Of a DNA stretch of 63,784 nt, positions 15,550-24,421 are shown piece by piece. The DNA is taken from positions 1-63,784 of the forward strand of contig CAINQO010000045.1 in assembly GCA_903852325.1 (NCBI GenBank), in the 5' to 3' direction. The stretch's first letter is position 1. Each line of letters starts with the position of its first letter. Source of the DNA: Candidatus Omnitrophota bacterium. GTDB lineage: Bacteria > Omnitrophota > Gorgyraeia > Gygaellales > Profunditerraquicolaceae. The notes below the pieces were generated by a model. That model worked only from the letters and a program-made list of their open reading frames with translations, did no database searches and was not told where the DNA came from. The position numbers and the translations under genes were made by a program.

Positions 15550-17745
15550 ATGAGCATAAGACAGGAAGTTTTATTCAAAATTAAAAGCACGGAATTAGAA
15601 AAGATCGATGCGCCGAAAAAAACCTCTTCTTATTTCGGAGTAAATACTTTCAGCACGGAAACGATGCAGAAGCATATCTCCAAAAGCACCTTTGAAGCAT
15701 TTAAAACCTGGATGTCCGAAGGCAAAACCATTACTTTAGCGCAGGCAAACGAAATCGCCGACGCGATGAAGGAATGGGCGATGGCTAAAGGCGCAACCTA
15801 TTATACGCACTGGTTCCAGCCGATGACCGGGCTTACCGCGGAAAAACACGATAGCTTTATTTCGATCGTTTCTCCGGGAAAAGTGATCGAGAAATTCTCC
15901 GGGAATAAATTGATCCAGGGTGAGCCGGATGCTTCCAGTTTTCCTTCCGGAGGGATCCGTTCCACCTTCGAAGCCAGGGGTTACACTGCCTGGGACCCTT
16001 CCAGCCCCGCATTCATCATTGAAAGCAAGCTCGGCAAAACTTTATGTATCCCCACGATATTTATTTCTTATCACGGCGAAGCGCTGGATAAAAAACTGCC
16101 GCTTTTACGCTCCGATGAAGCTTTGAATAACGCCGCCTTAGGCCTGGTCAAGCTTTTCGGCCACAAAGGGGTAAAGAAAGTATTTTCCACCTGCGGCCCG
16201 GAGCAGGAATATTTCTTGATCGATAAAAATTATTATAATTTACGCCAGGATCTGATCTTGACCGGCCGCACCCTGGTCGGCGCTCCCAGCCCTAAAGGCC
16301 AGCAGTTAGAGGACCAGTATTTCGGCACGATCAAGGAGCGGGTAGTAAATTTCATGTTTGAGGTCGCTGAGGAAGCCTATAAGTTAGGGATCCCCTTGAT
16401 GACCCGGCACAATGAAGTTGCCCCGCACCAATACGAATTTGCTCCGGTATTTGAGGAGTCAAACATCGCCGCCGACCACAACCAGCTGCTGATGGAAATA
16501 ATGAAAAAGGTAGCTTTAAGGCACGGGATGGTTTGCCTATTGCATGAGAAACCTTTTGCCGGGATAAACGGCAGCGGAAAACACCTGAACTGGTCCCTGG
16601 CAGATAATTTAGGAAACAACCTGTTGAATCCCGGTCAGACCCCGGAAGATAATCTGCAGTTTTTAGCGGTATTGGCCGCGGTTTTAAGGGCGGTTTATCT
16701 GCACGCAGATTTATTGCGCGCTTCCGTTGCCCTTGCCGGGAACGAACACCGCTTAGGAGCCAATGAAGCTCCTCCGGCGATCATCAGCGTGTTCTTGGGG
16801 GAACAATTGACCTCGATTTTAAACATGATCGAGAAGGGGGTAAAGTCCAAGGTTTCCAAAAGCGATATTATCGATTTAGGGGTTAACCGTTTGCCTAAGT
16901 TCAATAAGGATACCACCGACCGCAACCGTACCTCTCCTTTCGCTTTTACGGGAGCCAAGTTCGAATTTCGCGCGGTCGGTTCATCGCAGAACATTTCCAC
17001 TCCTATCGCGGTGATCAATACGATCATTGCCGAAAGCCTGGATTATGTCGCCGAACAGATCAAGAAAGCCGTTGCCAGCGGAAAAGACTTTAACGCCGGG
17101 GTGCTGCAGGTAATCTCCAAGATCGTTAAAGAAACCAAGGATATCCGTTTTGAAGGGAATAACTATTCCGAGGAATGGCTCAAGGAAGCCACCAAGCGTG
17201 GTTTACCGAATATCGCTTCGACCTATGCGTCCCTGGAGGCTTTAACCAAAAAAGAGAATATCGCCCTTTTTGAGAAATATAAAGTTTTTTCTAAAGAGGA
17301 GCTGGTCGCCCGTTACCATATCTGGATCCATATGTATGACCTTACCCTGGAGATCGAGGCCAATACTTTGATTGAAATGGTCAATGCTTCGATCGTGCCG
17401 GCAGGTTATAAATATGAACAATTATTGGCAGGCAACCTGGATGCTTTGGTAAAATTGCAGAAAGATGCCAGCTTAACTTTGGACAGCGCGGCGTTGAAAG
17501 ACAAGAAGGAGCATTTGGCCGAAATAGTCACCAAGATCTATTACGTGCGCAGAAATGCCTCGGAAATGGTAAAACTGCTGGAAAAGGCAGGGAAAATGGG
17601 AAGCGAAGAAAAGGCCGAGCTTTATTTCAATGAGCTTAAGCCTTTAATGGAACACATCAGGAAGCACGTGGACCAGCTGGAATGCGTAGTTTCCGACGAT
17701 GCCTGGGACCTTCCCAAGTACCGCGAGATGTTGTTTATAAAATAA
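15550..17745 (+). CDS. glnA: glutamine synthetase, type III
   Basis: 731 aa, the length and organisation typical of GSIII (GlnN); catalytic-domain motifs (NGSGKHLNWS, HEKPFAGINGSG); GGAGGAG RBS. Confidence 0.92.
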   Translation: MSIRQEVLFKIKSTELEKIDAPKKTSSYFGVNTFSTETMQKHISKSTFEAFKTWMSEGKTITLAQANEIADAMKEWAMAKGATYYTHWFQPMTGLTAEKHDSFISIVSPGKVIEKFSGNKLIQGEPDASSFPSGGIRSTFEARGYTAWDPSSPAFIIESKLGKTLCIPTIFISYHGEALDKKLPLLRSDEALNNAALGLVKLFGHKGVKKVFSTCGPEQEYFLIDKNYYNLRQDLILTGRTLVGAPSPKGQQLEDQYFGTIKERVVNFMFEVAEEAYKLGIPLMTRHNEVAPHQYEFAPVFEESNIAADHNQLLMEIMKKVALRHGMVCLLHEKPFAGINGSGKHLNWSLADNLGNNLLNPGQTPEDNLQFLAVLAAVLRAVYLHADLLRASVALAGNEHRLGANEAPPAIISVFLGEQLTSILNMIEKGVKSKVSKSDIIDLGVNRLPKFNKDTTDRNRTSPFAFTGAKFEFRAVGSSQNISTPIAVINTIIAESLDYVAEQIKKAVASGKDFNAGVLQVISKIVKETKDIRFEGNNYSEEWLKEATKRGLPNIASTYASLEALTKKENIALFEKYKVFSKEELVARYHIWIHMYDLTLEIEANTLIEMVNASIVPAGYKYEQLLAGNLDALVKLQKDASLTLDSAALKDKKEHLAEIVTKIYYVRRNASEMVKLLEKAGKMGSEEKAELYFNELKPLMEHIRKHVDQLECVVSDDAWDLPKYREMLFIK

Positions 17746-17753
17746 TGTAAAAT

Positions 17754-17805
17754 GGGGCCAGATTTATTTTTCAATAGCTAACTGCTGGAAAATAAATCTG
17801 ACCCC
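17754..17805 (+). terminator. long hairpin after glnA (weak terminator)
   Basis: 17-nt arms GGGGCCAGATTTATTTT and AAAATAAATCTGACCCC (one mismatch); no strong T-run follows. Confidence 0.4.
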
Positions 17806-17819
17806 ATTTAAAAGTTAAG

Positions 17820-17865
17820 AGCACAACGTAGTGCTTTAAAGATAAAAGTTGAACAGGGGCGTTCA
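17820..17865 (+). promoter_or_regulatory. dual hexaloop hairpins (ANTAR-substrate-like) upstream of the fis-like gene and gltBD
   Basis: P1 is AGCAC-AACGTA-GTGCT (17820-17835) and P2 is TGAAC-AGGGGC-GTTCA (17850-17865). Both loops have A1 and G4. P2 overlaps the terminator 5' arm. Confidence 0.55.
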
Positions 17866-17908
17866 CTTTGGCAAATATATTTTTTGCCATTGTGAGCGTC
17901 ATTTTTTT
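17858..17908 (+). terminator. intrinsic terminator / attenuator upstream of the fis-like gene and gltBD
   Basis: GGCGTTCACTTTGGC (17858-17872) pairs with GCCATTGTGAGCGTC (17886-17900): 13 of 15 positions pair, with a 2x2 internal loop. ATTTTTTTAA follows. Confidence 0.7.
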
Positions 17909-17938
17909 AAACAGCGGTGCATAAAAATTGAGCAAATC

Positions 17939-18319
17939 ATGCTGACGATCCTCATTACCGAGAACGAAACTGAAATTAAGGAAGCGCTGGCCAGGATCTT
18001 AAAACAGGAGGGGTATGCTTTATCCTCCGATAGCCAGGGGGAGGTGATCCGCCTGGTAAAAAAAGACTGCATCCGCGACCTGGCTTTCATTAAAGATAAA
18101 GCCATCGAATTAGAAAATTCTTTGTTTCTTGAAAAAAAAGGTGTATTATATAAATCCGTTTTAGAAGCAGTGGAAAAACCCCTACTGGAACAGACACTGG
18201 AGCGCTGCGAAGGCAACCAGCTTAAAGCCGCCAGGATTTTGGGGATAAACCGCAACACCATGCGCGCCAAGATAAATAAATTGGGGATCGACGTATCGAA
18301 ATGGAAAACAAATTCATGA
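17939..18319 (+). CDS. small Fis-type HTH protein with degenerate receiver-like N-terminus (NtrC remnant-like)
   Basis: C-terminal HTH_8 (GNQLKAARILGINRNTMRAKINKLGI). The N-terminus ILITENETEIKEALARILKQEGY resembles REC beta1-alpha1 without the acidic pocket. ATG 17939 lies downstream of the leader terminator. Confidence 0.7.
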   Translation: MLTILITENETEIKEALARILKQEGYALSSDSQGEVIRLVKKDCIRDLAFIKDKAIELENSLFLEKKGVLYKSVLEAVEKPLLEQTLERCEGNQLKAARILGINRNTMRAKINKLGIDVSKWKTNS

Positions 18320-21300
18320 CACCGGTAAATTTGCCGCAAAAACAGGGTTTATATGACCCGCAGTTCGAGCATGACTCCTGCGGGGTGGGGTTTGTTTGTA
18401 ATATTAAAGGTAAGCAAAGTAATGAGATCGTTAAGCAGGGGTTGGAAGTTTTGCGCCGCCTGAGCCATCGCGGGGCAACCGGAGCCGACCCGAAGACCGG
18501 GGACGGAGCCGGGCTGCTGATCCAATTCCCGCATGAATTTTTTGTTTCCGCCTGCGCCAAGGATAATCTTGTCCTGCCCGCGGGAGGAGAGTACGCTTCC
18601 GGCCTGGTATTTTTACCCAAAGATGCCAAGGAGCACCAATTTTGTAAAGAAACCTTTACCAAAATTATCGCTGCCCAGGGGCAGGTATTATTGGGCTGGC
18701 GCAAGGTCCCGGTGAACAATGCCGATATCGGCCAAAGCGCCAAAGACAGCCAGCCGGAGATCGAACAGGTTTTTATCGGTAAAAACAAAAAAGTAAAAGA
18801 TCTTTTGGCTTTTGAGAGAAAACTTTATATCATCCGCAAGCAAGTTGAAAACATTATCCGCGCCAGCCGGATCAAACAAAAATCATTTTTCTACATTCCC
18901 AGCTTATCCAGCCGCACCTTTATTTATAAAGGGTTGCTTACTCCCCAGCAGGTGGAAAATTTCTTTACGGATTTAAGTTCCCCGAAGATCAAGAGCGCCC
19001 TGGCGTTGGTGCATTCGCGTTATTCCACCAACACTTTTCCCACCTGGGATCTCTCCCAGCCTTTCCGGTTCATCGCCCATAACGGGGAGATCAATACCCT
19101 GCGTGGCAACATTAACTGGATGCGCAGCCGGGAGAGCCTTTTGAAAGATCCTTTATTGGGAGCGGAGCTTAAGAAAATACTGCCGGTGATCGTTCCGGGC
19201 GGAAGCGATTCGGCGACCATCGACAATGTTTTTGAGCTCCTGGTTTTATCCGGCAGGAGCCTGCCCCAGGCGATCTCCATGCTGATCCCGGCTGCCTGGC
19301 AGCAAAATAATTTACTTTCCAAAGAGGTGAAGGCCTTTTATCAATACCACAGCTGTTTGATGGAACCCTGGGACGGCCCGGCGGCAATGGCTTTTACCGA
19401 TGGTCAAAGTATCGGCGCCGTACTGGACCGCAACGGCCTGCGCCCCTGCCGTTATATTGTTACCAAAAATGATTTTGTGGTGATGGCCTCTGAGGTTGGG
19501 GTCCTGGATATCGATCCTTCCCAGATCCTGCATTCCGGCAGGCTGGAGCCGGGGAAAACTTTTTTTATCGATACCCTTGTCGGCTGTATCGTCCAGGACA
19601 GCCAGATCAAAAAAGACCTGGCTAAAGCCAGGCCTTATGAGCAGTGGGTGAAGAAAAATATTTTGGAGTTAGACAGCTTGCCGGCGAGGTCTTCCGTAAA
19701 GGCCGGGGAAAGATTGGATGCCTTTACCCAGCTTAAAGCCTTCGGATATACCCGGGAAGATTTAAAAACCATTATTAATCCGATGGCGGAAAACGGGCAG
19801 GAACCGGTAGGTTCAATGGGCAATGATACTGCCCATGCCGTGCTTTCGGCAAGGCCGCAGCTTTTGTTCTCTTACTTTAAACAATTGTTCGCCCAGGTAA
19901 CTAATCCCCCGATCGATCCGATCCGGGAAGAATTGGTGATGAGTTTAGCCAGCTACCTGGGGCCGCAGGAAAATATCTTAAGTGACGGCCAAAAACATTG
20001 CCATAAATTACTGGTCAACCGGCCCATCCTTACTGACGGGGAGATCGCCAAGATAAGCAAGGTCAAGAAAAACGGTTTTAAGACAAAAACCATCTCTTTG
20101 CTTTTTGACGCCCCGCTGGATACGGCCAAGGTTGATTTTGAAAAGATCTTGAACAAGATTTTCCGCCAGGCAGAATCGGCCATCAAGCAGGGTTATACAT
20201 TTGTAATTTTAAGCGACCGGGGAGTGGATAAAGATTCCGCCGCCCTGCCCAGCCTGTTGGCGGTTTCCGCCCTGCACCAATATTTAGTGCGCCGTTCCCT
20301 GCGCACCCGTTTAAGTATAATTTTGGAGAGCGCCGAACCCCGCGAAGTAAATCATTTTGCCCTGCTTTTTGCCTACGGAGCCGACTGCGTTAATCCTTAC
20401 CTGATCTTTAAGGCTTTGGAATGGCAGGTTAAGGAAAAAACCTTGAACCTGGAGATCGAAAAGGCTAAAAATAATTATATAAAAGCGATCGATAAAGGGA
20501 TATTAAAAGTGCTTTCGAAAATGGGGATCTCTACGCTGCAAAGCTACCGGGGAGCCCAGATTTTCGAAGCGGTCGGGTTGGGCCAGGAAGTGATCGATAA
20601 TTATTTCAGCGGTACGGTTTCCCGTATCAGCGGCGTTTCCTTGGCGGATATCGCCCGGGAGACCCTCATGCGCCACCGGGAGGCTTTTTGCCAGAGGCCG
20701 CCGAGCGAGAATTTAGCTGCCGGAGGAATTTATCAGTGGAAACGGGACGGAGAGTTCCATCTTTGGAACCCGGACAGTATCAGCGCGCTGCAGGATGCGG
20801 TGCGCAATAACGATGCCGCTAAATATAAGCAATTCGCCGCTTTGATCAATGATCAGTCGAAAAATCCGGTAACTTTGAGGAGCTTGTTAAAATTCAAGCT
20901 CCAGCCGCCCGTTCCCCTGGAAGAAGTGGAATCCACCCAGGAAATCATTAAAAGATTCGCTACCGGAGCGATGAGTTTCGGTTCGATCAGCCGGGCTACG
21001 CACGAAACCATCGCTATCGCGATGAACCGGTTACAGGGCAAGAGCAATACCGGAGAAGGCGGGGAAGACCCGGCGCGTTTTGTTCCTTTGGCTAACGGTG
21101 ATTCTGCACGGAGCGCGATTAAGCAGGTCGCTTCCGGCCGCTTCGGAGTGACCACGAATTATCTGGTTAATGCCGATGAACTGCAGATCAAGATTGCCCA
21201 GGGGGCAAAACCCGGAGAGGGCGGGCAGCTTCCGGGGCACAAGGTAAGCGCGATCATTGCCCGGACCCGCTATACTACACCGGGAGTGACACTGATCTCC

Positions 21301-22902
21301 CCGCCGCCGCACCACGATATTTATTCCATCGAGGACTTAGCGCAGTTGATCTTTGATTTAAAGAACGTAAACCCCAAAGCCCGGGTGAGTGTAAAATTAG
21401 TTTCCGAGATCGGGGTGGGGACGGTTGCCGCCGGAGTGGCCAAGGGACATGCGGATATGATTTTAATTTCCGGGCAGGACGGAGGGACCGGGGCATCTCC
21501 TTTGAGCTCGGTCAAGCATGCCGGCCTTCCCTGGGAGCTGGGGCTTTCTGAAACGCACCAGACCCTGGTTCTAAATGATTTAAGGAGTAGGGTAAGGCTG
21601 CAAACCGACGGGCAGATGCGCACCGGCCGGGACGTGGCGATCGCCGCGCTTTTAGGGGCCGAAGAGTTCGGTTTCTGCACCGCGGTGCTGATCGTGCTGG
21701 GATGCATAATGCTGCGGCACTGCAACCTGAACAATTGCTCGGTGGGTATCGCTACGCAGGATGAGATTTTAGAAAAAAGATTTACCGGCAGGCCGGAATT
21801 TATTATGAACTATTTTAACTTTATCGCCAACGAGCTGCGCCAGATCATGAGTGCTTTGGGAATAAGAAAAGTGGAGGAGATGATCGGCCGGGTGGACCTG
21901 TTGGAATTGAACCGGGAGATCCTGCCCTGGAAAGCCAAAGCGATTGATTTTTCCAAAATTCTTTATAAACCGCAGGTGCCCGCCTCGGTAGTGACGCATT
22001 ATAGCCGCCAGCCGCATCAGGGTAATGATGCTGCCGCCGTCCTTAACGCCAGCGGCGAATACGGCCAAACCATCGATAAGATCCTGGATCTAAAACTTAT
22101 CGAGTCGGCTAAGGCGGCCTTGGCCGGAGCTACCCCGGTGGAAATTGAGTTAAGGATCGATAATGTAAACCGGACTACGGGAGCGATGTTGAGCGGGGAG
22201 GTTTGTAAAAGGTTCGGGGAAAGCGGCCTGCCGGAAGATACGATCCAATGTAATTTTAAAGGGGTCGCCGGCCAGAGTTTCGGGGCATTTTTAGCCAAAG
22301 GCGTTACTTTTACCCTGGAAGGGATGGCCAATGATTATGTCGGCAAAGGAATCTCCGGAGGTAAAATTATAATTTATCCGGATAAAAGAGCCGACTATAA
22401 GCCGGATGAAAATATTATTATCGGCAACACTACTTTTTACGGAGCGATTAACGGGGAGGCGTATATCCGGGGAGTGGCGGGAGAAAGGTTTTGCATCAGG
22501 AACTCCGGGTTAAACGCGGTAATCGAAGGGGTGGGAGACCATGGCTGCGAATATATGACCGGCGGCAAGGTGGTGGTCCTGGGGGCAACCGGCAGGAATT
22601 TCGGCGCCGGGATGTCCGGCGGGATCGCTTACTGCCTGGATGAAGCCGGGGATTTTCATAAAAAATGCAACCTGGATATGGTGGTATTGGAAAAAATAGA
22701 TGAAGCGGATAAGGGGGCGATCAAGAACCTGTTGGTTAATCACCATAAATATACCCAAAGCCCCAAAGCCAGGGAGATCCTGGATAATTTTAATAAATAT
22801 GCGCACTCCTTTATTAAGGTAATGCCCTTAGAGTATAAGCGGATACTGGAAGAAAGGAAAATAGCCAAGAAAGCGGAGTCGGGAGAGTACACGGATGGGT
22901 GA
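18301..22902 (+). CDS. gltB: glutamate synthase large subunit
   Basis: 1533 aa; Ntn amidotransferase start (EHDSCGVGFV), FMN/3Fe-4S central domains, C-terminal GXGXG domain. An alternative start at ATG 18316 forms an ATGA overlap with the upstream stop. Confidence 0.95.
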   Translation: MENKFMTPVNLPQKQGLYDPQFEHDSCGVGFVCNIKGKQSNEIVKQGLEVLRRLSHRGATGADPKTGDGAGLLIQFPHEFFVSACAKDNLVLPAGGEYASGLVFLPKDAKEHQFCKETFTKIIAAQGQVLLGWRKVPVNNADIGQSAKDSQPEIEQVFIGKNKKVKDLLAFERKLYIIRKQVENIIRASRIKQKSFFYIPSLSSRTFIYKGLLTPQQVENFFTDLSSPKIKSALALVHSRYSTNTFPTWDLSQPFRFIAHNGEINTLRGNINWMRSRESLLKDPLLGAELKKILPVIVPGGSDSATIDNVFELLVLSGRSLPQAISMLIPAAWQQNNLLSKEVKAFYQYHSCLMEPWDGPAAMAFTDGQSIGAVLDRNGLRPCRYIVTKNDFVVMASEVGVLDIDPSQILHSGRLEPGKTFFIDTLVGCIVQDSQIKKDLAKARPYEQWVKKNILELDSLPARSSVKAGERLDAFTQLKAFGYTREDLKTIINPMAENGQEPVGSMGNDTAHAVLSARPQLLFSYFKQLFAQVTNPPIDPIREELVMSLASYLGPQENILSDGQKHCHKLLVNRPILTDGEIAKISKVKKNGFKTKTISLLFDAPLDTAKVDFEKILNKIFRQAESAIKQGYTFVILSDRGVDKDSAALPSLLAVSALHQYLVRRSLRTRLSIILESAEPREVNHFALLFAYGADCVNPYLIFKALEWQVKEKTLNLEIEKAKNNYIKAIDKGILKVLSKMGISTLQSYRGAQIFEAVGLGQEVIDNYFSGTVSRISGVSLADIARETLMRHREAFCQRPPSENLAAGGIYQWKRDGEFHLWNPDSISALQDAVRNNDAAKYKQFAALINDQSKNPVTLRSLLKFKLQPPVPLEEVESTQEIIKRFATGAMSFGSISRATHETIAIAMNRLQGKSNTGEGGEDPARFVPLANGDSARSAIKQVASGRFGVTTNYLVNADELQIKIAQGAKPGEGGQLPGHKVSAIIARTRYTTPGVTLISPPPHHDIYSIEDLAQLIFDLKNVNPKARVSVKLVSEIGVGTVAAGVAKGHADMILISGQDGGTGASPLSSVKHAGLPWELGLSETHQTLVLNDLRSRVRLQTDGQMRTGRDVAIAALLGAEEFGFCTAVLIVLGCIMLRHCNLNNCSVGIATQDEILEKRFTGRPEFIMNYFNFIANELRQIMSALGIRKVEEMIGRVDLLELNREILPWKAKAIDFSKILYKPQVPASVVTHYSRQPHQGNDAAAVLNASGEYGQTIDKILDLKLIESAKAALAGATPVEIELRIDNVNRTTGAMLSGEVCKRFGESGLPEDTIQCNFKGVAGQSFGAFLAKGVTFTLEGMANDYVGKGISGGKIIIYPDKRADYKPDENIIIGNTTFYGAINGEAYIRGVAGERFCIRNSGLNAVIEGVGDHGCEYMTGGKVVVLGATGRNFGAGMSGGIAYCLDEAGDFHKKCNLDMVVLEKIDEADKGAIKNLLVNHHKYTQSPKAREILDNFNKYAHSFIKVMPLEYKRILEERKIAKKAESGEYTDG

Positions 22903-24337
22903 TCTAAAGGGATTCTTGAAAATTAAAAGGCAGCCGGCTAGGTTCCGTCCGGTTTGCGAAAGGGTAAAAGATTTCGCAGAGATTCTTCAATTGCGGTCGG
23001 AAGCCGAAGATAAAGAGCAGTCCAGCCGCTGCATGGACTGCGGAACGCCTTTTTGCCATTGCGGATGCCCGATCGGTAATTATATCCCGGAATGGAACGA
23101 CCTGGTTTTTGCCGGCCGTTGGGAAAAAGCCCTGAGCTTGTTAAGAGAGACCAATAATCTGCCGGAAATTACCGGCCGTATTTGTCCGGCACCTTGTGAA
23201 TACGCCTGCGTTCTGGGGATTAATGATGATCCGGTGACGATCCGCGAAGATGAGCTGGCGATTATCGAACATGCTTTCGGTAAAGGGTTGATCAAGCCCC
23301 GGATCCCGCAAAAAAGGACCGGCAAAAAAATCGCGGTAGTCGGTTCCGGCCCGGCGGGATTATCCTGTGCCGACCAGCTCAACAGCGCTGGGCATAAAGT
23401 AGTGGTTTTTGAAAGGGATGATGCCGTGGGAGGGATATTGCGTTATGGCATCCCGGAATTTAAATTAGAAAAAGAAATTATTCAGCGCCGGGTCAGGATT
23501 TTACAGAAAGAAGGGATAGAGTTTAAAGTCAATGCCAATATCGGTATTGACGCCAAGACTAAAGACTTAACCAGGGAGTTCGACGCGGTCTGCCTGGCTT
23601 GCGGATCGCGCTCCCCCCGCGATTTGAATATTCCGGGCAGAGAACTTTCCGGGATCCAGTTCGCCATGGATTACCTGATCCAGTCGAATAAACGGATCGG
23701 CGGCGTAAAAATTCCTGCGGATAAACTGATCGATGCTAAAGGTAAACGGGTGGTGGTGATTGGGGGAGGGGATACCGGGGCTGACTGCGTGGGGGTGGCG
23801 CACCGCCAGGGGGCCGCCTGCATTATGCAGATCGAGATCCTGCCCAAGCCGGCAACCTGCCGCACCCAGGATTATCCCTGGCCGAAGTACCCTTTATTGC
23901 TTAAATCTTCCACCAGTCATGAAGAAGGTGGGAAAAGAGATTGGTCCATCCTGACTAAGAAATTTATCGGTTCAGCCGGGAGGGTGAATAAGCTTTCTTG
24001 CGTAAAAGTGGAGTTTAACAAAGACGCGGCCGGTTGTTCGCTGATGCAGGAAATTGCCGGTTCTGAATTTGAGATCGAAGCGGATCTAGTGATCCTGGCC
24101 CTGGGTTTTTTACACCCGGAGAAAAAGGGATTGCTCCAGGAGTGGAAACTGGAGCTGGACCAGCGCGGCAACGTCAAAACCGACGCCAAATTCATGACCT
24201 CTAAAAAAAGCGTATTTGCCTGCGGGGATATGCACCGCGGACAGTCCCTGATCGTCTGGGCGATCGCCGAAGGCAGGCGGGCGGCCCACGCCATAGACGA
24301 ATATCTGATGGGATATTCCAGCCTTCCTAAGTTATAA
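22895..24337 (+). CDS. gltD: glutamate synthase small subunit (NADPH)
   Basis: 480 aa; N-terminal Fe-S cysteines (CMDCGTPFCH, CPAPCEYAC) and two Rossmann motifs (VVGSGPAGL, VIGGGDTGADC). Confidence 0.93.
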   Translation: MGDLKGFLKIKRQPARFRPVCERVKDFAEILQLRSEAEDKEQSSRCMDCGTPFCHCGCPIGNYIPEWNDLVFAGRWEKALSLLRETNNLPEITGRICPAPCEYACVLGINDDPVTIREDELAIIEHAFGKGLIKPRIPQKRTGKKIAVVGSGPAGLSCADQLNSAGHKVVVFERDDAVGGILRYGIPEFKLEKEIIQRRVRILQKEGIEFKVNANIGIDAKTKDLTREFDAVCLACGSRSPRDLNIPGRELSGIQFAMDYLIQSNKRIGGVKIPADKLIDAKGKRVVVIGGGDTGADCVGVAHRQGAACIMQIEILPKPATCRTQDYPWPKYPLLLKSSTSHEEGGKRDWSILTKKFIGSAGRVNKLSCVKVEFNKDAAGCSLMQEIAGSEFEIEADLVILALGFLHPEKKGLLQEWKLELDQRGNVKTDAKFMTSKKSVFACGDMHRGQSLIVWAIAEGRRAAHAIDEYLMGYSSLPKL

Positions 24338-24421
24338 AAAATTATTCTTTTTAAAAAATTGATGTAGAATAGGCGTATACGGTTATTCCCTTTTAAGCCT
24401 TAAACAGGAAAGGAAGTAATA

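Noticed and set aside
17869-17887. Sigma54-like TGGCA...TTGC promoter upstream of the fis-like/gltB genes
   Set aside because: The GG and GC elements are about 4 nt too far apart for a -24/-12 promoter. The sequence is instead explained as the apical part of the leader terminator (TGGCAAA-tatattt-TTTGCCA).
17849-17938. N-terminal 30 codons of the track ORF 17849-18319
   Set aside because: This stretch runs through the P2 hairpin, the terminator stem and the T-run of the leader. The receiver-like sequence begins at ATG 17939.
18222-18788. 188-aa minus-strand ORF across the fis-like/gltB junction
   Set aside because: It is antisense to the conserved GltB amidotransferase N-terminus and shows no recognisable domain features.
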